NCBI GenBank assembly: GCA_963798095.1 | Contig: CAWCSD010000024.1 | Location: 6,526-70,525, forward strand | Direction: 5' to 3' | Source of the DNA: an uncultured Alphaproteobacteria bacterium | Lineage (GTDB): Bacteria > Pseudomonadota > Alphaproteobacteria > Rhizobiales > Xanthobacteraceae | Length of the DNA stretch: 64,000 nt | Part shown: positions 9,129 through 18,941 of the stretch, in pieces | How the letters are laid out: each line of letters begins with the position of its first letter | How positions within the stretch are numbered: position 1 is the first letter of the stretch | Notes under the pieces: generated by a model | Told to the model about the DNA's origin: nothing | What the model saw: only the letters and a program-made list of their open reading frames with translations | Databases searched by the model: none | Made by a program: the position numbers and the translations under genes

Positions 9129-10142
9129 GGCACCGATCCTGGCGCGTCGGTCTCGACGCGGCGGCGGCCGACGAAATCGTCCGGCTTGCGCTGCCAATAG
9201 GTGTGAACGATGCCGATGACGCCATTGGGCGCGACGATGACGAAGACGACGAGGATGACGCCGACCAGCAGCAGATTGACGGCGGACGAAATCGTCACCG
9301 TCGCGATCTGTTGCAGCGAGCCGAGCAGGATCGTGCCGATCAGCGGGCCGACCCAGCTCGTGGTGCCGCCGATCAGCGGCATGGCGATCGAGTTGACGGC
9401 GTAATCCAGGCCGAATGTCGACGACGGTTGCAGATAGCCGATGTAATAGGGGAACGGCGCGCCGGCCATGCCCATCAGCGCGCCGGAGATCGTGGTCGCG
9501 ATCAGCTTCAATTTCAGCGTCGGTACGCCGGAGGCTTCCGCCGCCAATTCGTCGTCGCGGATGGTGGCAAAGCCGTAACCGAGCCGCGAGCGCTCGATCA
9601 GCCGCGCAATGACGAGCGACCCCACCGCCAAGCAGCAGCATGACCAGGAACAGATATTTGATATAGGAGCCGATCAGCGGCACTTCCTCCGGGCGCAGGA
9701 TATAGGCGCCGCGCGAGCCGCCGACGAAATCCCAGTTGACGATCAGCGTCTGCAGCACCACGGCGAGCGCCAGCGTGGCGATGGCGAAGAACGCGCCGCG
9801 CAGCCGCAGCGTCAGATAGCCCATGCCGAAGCCGACGACGCCCGACACCACGCCGCCGACCAGCATCAGCACCGGCATCGGAACGACATGCGGCAGGTCG
9901 TTGGCGCCGATCAGCTTGTAGATCGCCACCGTCGAATAGGCGCCGAGCGCAAAGAACGCGGCGGAGCCGAAATTCACGTAGCCGCAATAGCCGCCGAGGA
10001 TGTTCCAGGCGGTCGAGAGCACGACATATTGCAGGATCACGTAGCCGGCGAAGAACACGTAGTCGTTGCCGACCGCGACGGCGCCGGCGAACACCAGCGC
10101 GGCGACCGCGAGGCAGATGACGAGGAAGAGCGGGGTGCGCAC
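9125..10142 (-). pseudogene. HAAT-family ABC permease (LivM-like), interrupted by one frameshift
   Basis: The N-terminal half (VRTPLFLVICL...YIKYLFLVMLLL) is in the frame of ORF 8385..11033. The C-terminal half (AVGSLVIARLIERSRLGYGFATIRDDELAAEASGV...) is in ORF 9125..9631. The switch falls within a CTGCTGCTGCT run near 9620-9645. Confidence 0.75.
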
Positions 10143-10144
10143 GG

Positions 10145-11020
10145 TCAGCGTCCCAACAGGCCGGCCGGCCGTACCGCCAGCGTCAGCAACAGGAAGCCGA
10201 ACGACACCGCGGGCGCCCAGGATGGGCCGTAGAAGGTCGAGGTCAGGCTTTCGACGATGCCGATCAGCATCGCGGCGATGACCGCGCCGGGCAGGCTGCC
10301 CATGCCGCCGAGCACGCAGATCGCAAAGACGCGGCCGATATATTCGCGCCCGACCGATGGCTCGACCGGCTGGATGATGATGAGGAAGGCGCCGGCGAGC
10401 GACGCGGTGGCGATCGAAATGCCAAAGGCGATGCGCTTGATGCGGATCGGATCGATCGCCATCAGCCGCAACGCCAACTGGTCCTGCGCCACCGCCATGA
10501 TGGCGCGGCCGATGAACGTGCGGGTGAGCACGAGCTGCAGCACGGCGATCAGCAACAGCGACACCACGCACGGCACCAGCATGCGCAGCGGCATGCCGAC
10601 CACGCCCAGATGCCAGGTCGGCCCGATATAGGGCGCTTCGACGTAGCGGTAGTCGACGCCGAAATAGAGCACCAGTGAGACTTCGGTGATGAACAGCAGA
10701 CCGAAGAAGAAGGCCAGCCCGCGCAGCGATTCCTGGCCGCGTTTTTCGAACGACACGTAATAGATTTGATAAATGCCGGCGCCGAGCACGTAGAACGCCG
10801 GCGCCACGATGATCGCCGTGAGGATCGGGTCGACGCCCAGCGTGGTGTTGACGATATAGGCGACGTAGGAGCCGAGAATGATGAAGGCGGGATGCGCGAT
10901 GTTGACGATGTCGAGAATGCCGAACGACAGCGATACGCCCGACGTGACGGCGGCATAGAAGCCGCCGATCAGGATGCCGGAAACGACGGCATTGATGAGC
11001 AGATCGAACGAAAAGATCAT
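10145..11020 (-). CDS. HAAT-family ABC permease (LivH-like)
   Basis: 291 aa, multi-TM. Typical LivH N-terminus MIFSFDLLINAVVSGILIGGFYA and C-terminus RPAGLLGR. Confidence 0.85.
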   Translation of the reverse strand: MIFSFDLLINAVVSGILIGGFYAAVTSGVSLSFGILDIVNIAHPAFIILGSYVAYIVNTTLGVDPILTAIIVAPAFYVLGAGIYQIYYVSFEKRGQESLRGLAFFFGLLFITEVSLVLYFGVDYRYVEAPYIGPTWHLGVVGMPLRMLVPCVVSLLLIAVLQLVLTRTFIGRAIMAVAQDQLALRLMAIDPIRIKRIAFGISIATASLAGAFLIIIQPVEPSVGREYIGRVFAICVLGGMGSLPGAVIAAMLIGIVESLTSTFYGPSWAPAVSFGFLLLTLAVRPAGLLGR

Positions 11021-11120
11021 TACTCAGCCACACGGCCCCGCATGTGCACGCGGGACTTCCCCCACTTGGCTATAACAACCTCTCCCGCCTCCCGCGAGAG
11101 GGCATTTCGCGCAAGCGTGC

Positions 11121-11564
11121 TTAAGCCGCAGCGCGGACCGTATCGGGGACGGCGAGCGGCTTATTGGCGCTGTTGATGTACTCGATGGTCATGAAGACCA
11201 TCTCCTTGTCGCCGAGATTTTCCAGGTCGTGGACCTTGTATTCGCCCGGACCATAGGTCTCGTGGCGGGTTTCGCCGGGCTGATAGGTGTATTCGACCGT
11301 GGTGCCGTCGTGGATGTGCTGGCGGCCGCGGCCGCCCGAGACCGAGGTCCAGAAATAGTCGAGCACATGGCGGTGGAAGCCGATCCGCTCGCCCGGCGCC
11401 AGCCGGATGATCCAGACCCGCACTTTTTCGTTCTCGGAAAGCAGCGTGGAGCCGACGCAGGGGTTATTGTTGGCTTTCTCGCGCTCGAATTCGGCGGCAA
11501 TCGCCGGCGGCCAAGCCGAGGTGTCGGCGCGGTCCGTCTTCTTATCCAGCATTGTCAGGGCCAT
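11121..11564 (-). CDS. Cupin-domain protein
   Basis: 147 aa. Cupin metal motif context GERIGFHRHVLDYFW...GE..H. Divergent from the FAD monooxygenase gene. Confidence 0.6.
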   Translation of the reverse strand: MALTMLDKKTDRADTSAWPPAIAAEFEREKANNNPCVGSTLLSENEKVRVWIIRLAPGERIGFHRHVLDYFWTSVSGGRGRQHIHDGTTVEYTYQPGETRHETYGPGEYKVHDLENLGDKEMVFMTIEYINSANKPLAVPDTVRAAA

Positions 11565-11644
11565 AGCGTTCCTCCGGGGAATGTTGTCACAATATAGAAA
11601 ACCTTTGCGGCTTGGGAAATAGGCTGAAGGGAAAAGCGGGATTC

Positions 11645-12856
11645 ATGGCGAAGCAACGCCGCGCGCTGGTCATCGGCGGCTCGATGAGCGGGCTTTTGGC
11701 CGGCATCATGCTGCATCGGCGCGGCTGGGACGTCGATATTTTCGAACGCGTCGGCAGCGAGCTCTCCGGCCGCGGCGCCGGTATCGTCGCGCAGGCCGAA
11801 TTGATCGCGCGGCTTGACGCGCTCGGGCTCGATACCCGCGATCTCGGCGTCGCCATGACCACGCGCCAAATCCTCGACCGCGATGGCAGGACGACCGCCA
11901 CCATCGCCTGCCCGCAGGTGCTGACCGCCTGGGAGCGCGTCTACCGCGTGCTGCGCGATGCGTTCCCGCCGCAGCTTTATCATCGCGGCCTCGGTCTGAT
12001 CGGCTTCGAGCAAACCGCGCAAAGCGTGCGCGCGCAGTTGAGCGACGGCCGCGCCGTGGAAGCCGACGTTCTCGTCGGTGCCGACGGCCTGCGCTCGACC
12101 GTGCGGCAACAATGCCTGCCCGATGTTGCGCCGCTCTATGCCGGCTATGTGGCGTGGCGCGCGCTGCTTCCCGAGCGCGCCATCCCGCCGGAAATCCATC
12201 GCGAATTGTTCGAGCTGATGACGTTCTGCCTGCCGCCCGGCGAGCAATGTCTCGGCTATCCGGTCGCCGGCCCCGACAACGAGCTGCGGCTCGGCCAGCG
12301 CCGCTACAATGTGGTGTGGTACCGGCCGGCGGACGAGGCGAAGGAACTGCCGTGGCTCCTCACCGACGACAAAGGCGTCACCCATTCGATCTCGATCCCG
12401 CCGCCGCTCATCCGCCGCGATCCGATCGCGGCGATGCGGGCGGCGGCCGAGCGATTGCTGGCGCCGCAATTCCGCGCCATCGTCCGCCTGATCGACGAGC
12501 CGATTTTGCAACCGATCTACGATCTGGAAAGCCCGCGGCTCGCCTTCGGCCGGGTCGCCATTTTGGGCGATGCGGCCTTCGTGGCGCGGCCCCATGTCGC
12601 CGCCGGCGTCTCCAAGGCCGCCGACGATGCGGCGGCGCTGGCGCAGGCGCTCGACAGTGACGGTGTTGAAGCCGCGCTACGCGCCTTCGAGGCGGAGCGC
12701 CTGCCGCAGGGGCGAAAGATCATCGAGCGCGCACGCCACCTCGGCGCCTATCTGCAGGCGACGCAGACCGCCGAGGAGCGCGCCCGCTCCGAGCGCCACA
12801 GCATTCCGGAAGCGGTGCTCGCCGAGACCGCGGTGCTGGATTTTTTGCGCAGCTAA
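11645..12856 (+). CDS. FAD-dependent aromatic-ring monooxygenase (2,6-dihydroxypyridine-hydroxylase-like subgroup)
   Basis: GxGxxG motif ALVIGGSMSGLLAG, plus VGADGLRSTVR, YVAWRALL and ILGDAAFVARPHVAAGVSKAADDA. Subgroup assignment is from memory of family motifs. Confidence 0.8.
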   Translation: MAKQRRALVIGGSMSGLLAGIMLHRRGWDVDIFERVGSELSGRGAGIVAQAELIARLDALGLDTRDLGVAMTTRQILDRDGRTTATIACPQVLTAWERVYRVLRDAFPPQLYHRGLGLIGFEQTAQSVRAQLSDGRAVEADVLVGADGLRSTVRQQCLPDVAPLYAGYVAWRALLPERAIPPEIHRELFELMTFCLPPGEQCLGYPVAGPDNELRLGQRRYNVVWYRPADEAKELPWLLTDDKGVTHSISIPPPLIRRDPIAAMRAAAERLLAPQFRAIVRLIDEPILQPIYDLESPRLAFGRVAILGDAAFVARPHVAAGVSKAADDAAALAQALDSDGVEAALRAFEAERLPQGRKIIERARHLGAYLQATQTAEERARSERHSIPEAVLAETAVLDFLRS

Positions 12857-12864
12857 CGCAAGCG

Positions 12865-14055
12865 CTAATGCGCCTCGCCGGAGAAATTCTGCGGGACGCG
12901 GGAATGCGCCACCTTGGCGCGCCGGATCGTCTCTGGCGTGTTGCGGCTGCGGCCGACGAAGCGCGGCACGCCGGCGGTGATCACCGCGCCGACGCCCATG
13001 ATGTCGCCGTTTTTCAACGCCGACAGCGCGTCGTTCTGCGAGCCGCCGAGGCAGGCGTCGACCAGAACCACGTCGGCATCGCGGCCGGCGGCGATGACGC
13101 CGCTGTTCAGCCGGTAGATTTTGGCGTTGTTGCCGGTCGCCATCGCCACCGCGATCTCCGGCGCGACATGCGCCAGCGAAGCGAGATGGCTCATGGTGTA
13201 GAGCATGCCGAGCGGCATCACGCCGCTGCCGGTCGGCGTGTCGGTGGCAATGAGCAGCCGTTGTTCCTGGCCGGCTTCTCTCAGCAATTTCGCGACCAGC
13301 AAGGTGGTGCGCAGATTGCCCGCGGTGCAGACCTGCATCGCCAGATCGCTCTCGTTGACCAGGCGCGGGAAATCGGCGTCGGGCATGGCGATCGGCCCGC
13401 CGTTGACGTGATACGACACGTCCGGCTGCATCTTGAGCACATGATCGGCCCAAATTCCCGTCGAGCCCGGGATCGACGAGCCGCCGGTGTGCACCATGGT
13501 CACCAGGCCGTGGCGCTTCGCCATCGCCACATAGGGCGCGTAGTCGTAGGGCGTGGCGAAGGCGCCGAAGCCGGCTTTCGCCAGCCACACGCCGTGACTG
13601 GCAAGCTCGGCGAAATCGGCATCGACCAGGCCCGGCTCGAGGATGACCGAGCCGGCATGAACGCGCATGCCGCCCGGGCGGTAATGCTCGAACGATTTTC
13701 GCGCCGCGATCGCCAAGGCCTTGACGCCGACCGGATCGCGCGGCCGGCCGGGCACGTGGACCTCGGACGCGCTGATGCAGGTGGTGACGCCGCCGTGGAT
13801 GTAGCTTTCGAGAAAGCCGACGGTCTTCTGCCGCGGCGTGTAATCGCCGAACGTGATGTGGACGTGAGAATCGATCAGGCCGGGCATCGCCATCATGCCG
13901 CCGGCATCGATCGCCACCTCGCAATCGGCAGCGTCGCCGCCGGTTCCGACCGAAACGATCTTGCCGTCGTCGAGGATGATGGTGTCGCCGGCGGCGACGG
14001 GCGAGGCGATATCGCCGGAGAGAATTTTCGCGATATTGCAGATCGCTACTTTCAT
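12865..14055 (-). CDS. Metal-dependent amidohydrolase (enamidase-like)
   Basis: MKVAICNIAKILSGD...AMPGLIDSHVHITFGDY (HxH metal motif). ATG at 14055 forms an ATGA overlap with the upstream gene. The upstream part of ORF 12865..14298 is an extension. Confidence 0.8.
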   Translation of the reverse strand: MKVAICNIAKILSGDIASPVAAGDTIILDDGKIVSVGTGGDAADCEVAIDAGGMMAMPGLIDSHVHITFGDYTPRQKTVGFLESYIHGGVTTCISASEVHVPGRPRDPVGVKALAIAARKSFEHYRPGGMRVHAGSVILEPGLVDADFAELASHGVWLAKAGFGAFATPYDYAPYVAMAKRHGLVTMVHTGGSSIPGSTGIWADHVLKMQPDVSYHVNGGPIAMPDADFPRLVNESDLAMQVCTAGNLRTTLLVAKLLREAGQEQRLLIATDTPTGSGVMPLGMLYTMSHLASLAHVAPEIAVAMATGNNAKIYRLNSGVIAAGRDADVVLVDACLGGSQNDALSALKNGDIMGVGAVITAGVPRFVGRSRNTPETIRRAKVAHSRVPQNFSGEAH

Positions 14056-14639
14056 GACGTCTGCTTCGCGGCTTTGCGCGCGGCGACGTCTTCGTGGCTG
14101 AGGCCGCCGACGCGGGCATTGAGCCGGCCGCGGTTCGCCAGACAGAATATGACCGCCACTTCGTCGGGCATCGGCGCATCGGGCAGCACCAGCGTCATGC
14201 CGTCGTAATGGGAACGGACGTAGACGTCGTCCTTGTGGTTCATCGGAATATCGATCGCCGTGCCTGGGCCGCCTTTCTTCGTAAACGATGAAATCCACGC
14301 CTCGCCGCCGCCGAGCAGATCGCGGATCGGATTGGCGAACGCCGTGGTCAGAAGCGCGTTGGCGTGTTCCTGCTCGCCGTTAAGGCCGACGACACCGCCC
14401 TTGCCGTAGCTCTGCACTTCGTGGCCGCCCATCGCCGACAGCGCGAGCGCGCCCAATTCCTTGCCGAGCGGGACGCTGCCCTCGATCATCGGCTTGAGAT
14501 CTTCGACGTAACGGCCGGCGAAAGGATTCTCCACCACCGCGACGGCGGCGACTTTGCGCAACGGCAGGTTGGATACGCGCCCGGCTTCCTCGCGCCGTTC
14601 CTCGACCACGACGAAGGTGCGGCGGATTTTGATGTGCAT
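14052..14639 (-). CDS. AA_synth family protein (PF06684/DUF1185-like), function unknown
   Basis: 195 aa. PLRKVAAVAVVENPFAGRYVEDL...YGKGGVVGLNGEQEHANALL...RSHYDGMTLVLPDAP matches my recollection of this family. Confidence 0.7.
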   Translation of the reverse strand: MHIKIRRTFVVVEERREEAGRVSNLPLRKVAAVAVVENPFAGRYVEDLKPMIEGSVPLGKELGALALSAMGGHEVQSYGKGGVVGLNGEQEHANALLTTAFANPIRDLLGGGEAWISSFTKKGGPGTAIDIPMNHKDDVYVRSHYDGMTLVLPDAPMPDEVAVIFCLANRGRLNARVGGLSHEDVAARKAAKQTS

Positions 14640-14711
14640 GGGTGGCGGCGTCCTTTGCGGAGAATTTTGATACTCGCTACTGTCCGATTATCTGTCAAAC
14701 CGCACGGCCCT

Positions 14712-15871
14712 ATGAACGACATTCGACGAGTGCTGGTGGTCGGAGGCGGCGTCGGCGGCTTGACGGCGGCCACGGCTTTCGCGCGGCGCGGCGTCGAGGT
14801 CGTGCTCATCGAGCGCCGGCCGGCCTTCGATGTGCCGGGCGTAGGCTTGGGCCAGCCGGCGAACGCGTTGCGCGTCTACGATGCGCTCGGCCTCTTGCCG
14901 GAAATCCTGGCGTCGGGTTTTGCCTACGACCGGATGTCCATTTTCGATCCCAACCGCGAGCTGATCGTCGAGCACAAATTCCTGCTCGGCGACGAGAGGG
15001 TGCCGGCGTTTTGTGCACTGTCGCGCTTGCGCCTGCACGAAATCCTGCTGGCGGCCGCCGAGCGTGCCGGCGTCGAAGTGCGCACCGGCGTTACGGTCAG
15101 CGAAATCCAAGACGAAAAAGACCGCGTGGCGGTGACGTTTCGGACGGTCGCACCGACTCCTTCGATCTGCTCGCCGGCTTCGACGGCATACGCTCGACGA
15201 CGCGGCAACATTTGTTCGGCACGGCCTTCGTGCCGCGGCCGTCGGGTTACGGCGCCTGGCGCGTGCAGGTGCCGCGGCCGGCTTACGTGCGCGGCATGGA
15301 ATTCCTGCAAGGCATCGGCAGCAAGACCGGCGCCATGCCGCTCAGCGATAATCTCATGTACGTCTTCCACATTCGCCCCGAGGCGCCCGACGCCGTTTTC
15401 AAGCGCGAAGACTATGCGGATTTGTTCAAAGCGCGCCTGGCGCAATACGGCAGCTACGTCGCCGAAGTCGCGGCTTCGCTGGAAGCGAATTCCGACATCG
15501 TGTTCAGCCCGATCGAGCCGATCCTGGTGCCGTGGCCGTGGTTCCGCGGCCGCGTCGTCATCGGCGGCGATGCCGCGCACACCTCGCCACCGCATCTCAC
15601 TCAGGGCGCGGCAATGGCCGCGGAAGACGGCTGGGTACTTGCGCGTGAAATGATTTCCGGCGACGGCACCATCGAAGCGCGGCTGTTGCGCTATTCGCAA
15701 GCGCGCTATGCGCGGAGCGCCTTCGTCTATTCGTTCTCGTATCAATGGATGCTGGACGAGCAATCGGTGCGCACGCCGGCCGATCTCGCCGCGGCGCGGA
15801 CCGAGCTGGCGATGAACGCATCGACGCGCATCGGCGCCAGCGATCGCATCCTCAACAGCGCGGTGGTTTGA
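14712..15871 (+). pseudogene. FAD-dependent monooxygenase, one frameshift
   Basis: The N-terminal part (MNDIRRVLVVGGGVGGLTAA...DRVAVTF) is in the frame of ORF 14364..15653. The rest (SDGRTDSFDLLAGFDGIRSTTR...GGDAAHTSPPHLTQGAAMAAEDG) is in the frame of ORF 14642..15871. The junction is at the TTT run 15138..15140; a fourth T would restore VAVTFSDG. Confidence 0.8.
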
Positions 15872-15898
15872 TTATTGTCCCTGCCGGCCCACGGCACG

Positions 15899-16651
15899 TC
15901 AGACGTGCTGGCCGCCGTTGATGTGGATCTCGGCGCCGTTGACATAGGACGCGGTCTCCGTGCACAGCACGTAGATGATCTTCGCCACTTCGTCGGGCGT
16001 GCCGAGACGGTGCATCGGGATGTTCTCGACGATTTTTTCCGTGCCCGGCGACAGCATCGCGGTGTCGATTTCGCCCGGCGCGATGGCGTTGACGCGGATG
16101 CCGAGCGCACCGAAGTCGGCCGCCATCTCGCGCGTCAGCGCGGCGAGCGCGGCCTTCGAGGTCGAGTACGCAGTGCCGGCGAAAGGATGCACGCGGGAGC
16201 CTGCAATCGACGTGACGTTGACGACGGAACCTTTCGCCGCCCCGAGCTCGTCGAGCAGGCCGCGCGCCAGCATGATCGGCGCGAAAAAATTCACCTGGAA
16301 AATGTGGTGCCAGTCGTCGCGCGAGGTTTCGAGCGAACCGAGCCGCTTGCCGCCGGCCGCCTTCGGCGAGATCGCGGCATTGTTGACCAGCGCATGCAGC
16401 TCGCCATTGAGGCGCCGCTTGGTCTCTTCGATCGCCGCAGCGGTGTTTTCGGGATCGGCCAGATCGACCTGAATGTGGTCTTCGGGACCCGCCTCCCACG
16501 GACAATTTTCCGGAAACGGATGCCGCGAGCAGGTGATGACGCGCCAGCCGGCCGCCGAGAAACGCTTCACCGTGGCATGGCCGATGCCGCGGCTTGCCCC
16601 GGTCAGGAGCAGCGTGCGGCGCGGCTGATTGCTCGTGGTCATGCTCGCCAT
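15899..16651 (-). CDS. SDR-family oxidoreductase
   Basis: TGASRGIG cofactor motif, NNAA, catalytic YSTSK. Confidence 0.85.
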   Translation of the reverse strand: MASMTTSNQPRRTLLLTGASRGIGHATVKRFSAAGWRVITCSRHPFPENCPWEAGPEDHIQVDLADPENTAAAIEETKRRLNGELHALVNNAAISPKAAGGKRLGSLETSRDDWHHIFQVNFFAPIMLARGLLDELGAAKGSVVNVTSIAGSRVHPFAGTAYSTSKAALAALTREMAADFGALGIRVNAIAPGEIDTAMLSPGTEKIVENIPMHRLGTPDEVAKIIYVLCTETASYVNGAEIHINGGQHV

Positions 16652-16658
16652 CCTAAAC

Positions 16659-17300
16659 TCATGGATAGAGCCGCGTCTTGGTCCATGGCGCGTTTAAATC
16701 CGGGCGCGTAAAAACGATGCGATCGTGCAGGCGGAACGGCCGCTCGTGCCAGAACTCGATCTCGGTCGGCATGACGCGGTAACCCGACCAGAACGGCGGC
16801 CGCGGCACCGTGCCGATGGCGAATTTCGCGGTGTTGAGCGCGATCGCCTTCTCGAACGCCATGCGGCTTTCCAGCGCCGACGACTGCTTCGACGCCCAGG
16901 CGCCGATCTGCGCCATGCGTGAGCGGGTGGCGAAATAGGCATCGGCTTCTTCTTTCGACACCGGCTCGACGGCACCGCGGGCGCGCACTTGGCGCTGCAG
17001 CGTCTTCCAATAGAACGTCAGCGCCGCCTTCGGCGCGGCGGCAAGCTCGTGGCCCTTGCTGCTGTCGACGTTGGTGTAGAACACGAAGCCGCGCGCATCG
17101 AAGCCCTTCAACAACACCATCCGCGCATTGGGCTGGCCGCTTGAGTCGACGGTCGCCAGCGTCATGGCGTCGGGATTGACCGGTTCGGCGCGCTTGGCCT
17201 CGGCAAACCAGGCCGCAAACAGCCGCACCGGCTCGTCGGCTTGGGTGAAGTCACCGCCTGTTAACCATGTCGGGTGTTCTATCGGCGCCGTATCGGACAT
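16659..17300 (-). CDS. pdxH: Pyridoxamine 5'-phosphate oxidase
   Basis: 213 aa. [42 protein letters not shown]-terminal RLYP. Confidence 0.9.
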   Translation of the reverse strand: MSDTAPIEHPTWLTGGDFTQADEPVRLFAAWFAEAKRAEPVNPDAMTLATVDSSGQPNARMVLLKGFDARGFVFYTNVDSSKGHELAAAPKAALTFYWKTLQRQVRARGAVEPVSKEEADAYFATRSRMAQIGAWASKQSSALESRMAFEKAIALNTAKFAIGTVPRPPFWSGYRVMPTEIEFWHERPFRLHDRIVFTRPDLNAPWTKTRLYP

Positions 17301-17394
17301 TCCGTGGGGTACCCAGGTGCTCGCGTGGGGCGATCGGCAAGCGAGCCGCCGGTCTCAATATAGTGGAGCCGGGGCGTTGCGCCTATGTTGGCGG

Positions 17395-17826
17395 TTGCGT
17401 TTTGCCGGTGCCGTCGTGCTCTGTGGGCTCGCCACCGGAGGCTGCACCTACCAACTGCATTCGTTGCTCTCCAAGGACGACGGCGACCAGACCGGGTCCA
17501 TCAGCCGGCCGGGCAACGGCGCAGGCCGCATTGCCGATGCCGCGCCGTCCTCCGAGGCCGACCTTGCCTATGCGCGTGCCGCCGCCTCGGACGTGCTGGC
17601 GCGCAGCGGCGAGGACGCCAGCGTGCCCTGGCAGAATCCGAATTCGGGGGCCGGCGGCAACATCACGCCGCTCGCCACCGCCTATAGCGAAGGCGGCATG
17701 CCGTGCCGCGATTTCCTGGCAAGCTATGCGCACGGCGGCTCGGAGGACTGGTTGCAAGGTGCGGCCTGCCGCACCAGCCAGGGCAGTTGGGAAGTCAAAA
17801 GCCTAAAACCCCTCAAGCGCTCTTGA
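17395..17826 (+). CDS. Surface-antigen-like lipoprotein (17-kDa antigen / RT0821 family-like)
   Basis: TTG start gives MRFAGAVVLCGLATGGC (lipobox). C-terminal PCRDF...GAACR..QGSWEV pattern. Start is uncertain. Confidence 0.5.
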   Translation: MRFAGAVVLCGLATGGCTYQLHSLLSKDDGDQTGSISRPGNGAGRIADAAPSSEADLAYARAAASDVLARSGEDASVPWQNPNSGAGGNITPLATAYSEGGMPCRDFLASYAHGGSEDWLQGAACRTSQGSWEVKSLKPLKRS

Positions 17827-17952
17827 TGGGGCTATCATTGCTGGCAAGCCGCGCCGATTCGGCGTCGCATTGCGAGACGGCCGCTTTCATCCCACATTAG
17901 GCCATCGGTGGGCGGCGGGGCCGGCCCGGAAAACGAGCGGAGTTGCTTGGGG

Positions 17953-18933
17953 ATGCGTGATCCCTATGAGGTCTTGGGGGTCGATCGCAAGGCTAGCGCG
18001 ACCGACATCAAGAGCGCCTATCGGCGCCAGGCAAAAAAGCTGCATCCCGACGCCAACAAGAACGATCCGAAGGCGGCGACGCGCTTTGCCGAGCTGAACG
18101 CCGCGCATGAGATCCTCGAGGACGAGGACAAGCGCAAGGCGTTCGATCGCGGCGAGATCGATGCCGAGGGCAAGCCCCGCTTCCAGGGTTTTGGCGGCGG
18201 CGGCGCCAACCCAGGTGCCGGCTTCGGCGGCGATCCTAATTTCGAAAGTTTTAGCTTCGGCCCGGAAGGTTTCACCCGCAGCGCGCGGCGCGGGCGCGGC
18301 GGCGCCAGAGCCGGTGGCGGCGGCGGATTTGGCGGCTTCGAGGATGTTTTGCGGGAAGCCTTCGGCGGCGGCGCCCGCGGTGCCCGCGCCAATTTCGAGC
18401 CGGAGGATTTTGGTGTCGGCGCCGACGTGCAAGCCGAAATGGCGGTTTCGCTGACGGACGCGGCCAATGGGGCCACCCAGCGACTGCACTTGCCGAACGG
18501 CAAGGACGTTGACGTCAAGATTCCGGTCGGCATCATGAACGGCCAGCACATCCGGCTCAAAGGCCAGGGCATGGCCGGGCAGGCCGGACCCGGCGACCTA
18601 CTCATCACCGTGTCGCTCGCGCCGCATCCGATTTTCACGCTGGACGGCGCCGACGTGCGGCTCGATCTGCCGATCACGCTCTACGAGGCGGCGCTGGGCG
18701 CCAAGGTGCGGGTGCCGACGCTCGACAAGCCGGTCGAGATCACGGTGCCGGCGTGGACGTCTAGCGGGCGCACCTTTCGCCTCAAGGGCAAAGGCTTTCC
18801 GGCCAAAGCGGGCCGTGGCGATCTGCTTGCCACCATCCGCATCGTGCTGCCGGAGAAGCGCGATGCCGAGCTCGACGAGCTGATGAAAAAGTGGCGGAGC
18901 GACATGCCCTACGATCCGCGCAAGGATATGTAG
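17953..18933 (+). CDS. DnaJ-class co-chaperone (CbpA-like, no zinc finger)
   Basis: J domain (DPYEVLGVDRKASATDIKSAYRRQAKKLHPDAN), Gly-rich linker, DnaJ C-terminal domains. Confidence 0.85.
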   Translation: MRDPYEVLGVDRKASATDIKSAYRRQAKKLHPDANKNDPKAATRFAELNAAHEILEDEDKRKAFDRGEIDAEGKPRFQGFGGGGANPGAGFGGDPNFESFSFGPEGFTRSARRGRGGARAGGGGGFGGFEDVLREAFGGGARGARANFEPEDFGVGADVQAEMAVSLTDAANGATQRLHLPNGKDVDVKIPVGIMNGQHIRLKGQGMAGQAGPGDLLITVSLAPHPIFTLDGADVRLDLPITLYEAALGAKVRVPTLDKPVEITVPAWTSSGRTFRLKGKGFPAKAGRGDLLATIRIVLPEKRDAELDELMKKWRSDMPYDPRKDM

Positions 18934-18941
18934 GGCGGGCC

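Noticed and set aside
8385-11033. An 882-aa ORF that looks like a giant permease-ATPase fusion.
   Set aside because: It is an open read-through. The livG-like gene, the N-terminal half of livM-like, and an out-of-frame pass across livH happen to lack stops. Internal starts, overlaps (TGA/GTG at 10142..10147, ATG at 9128) and family lengths show separate genes.
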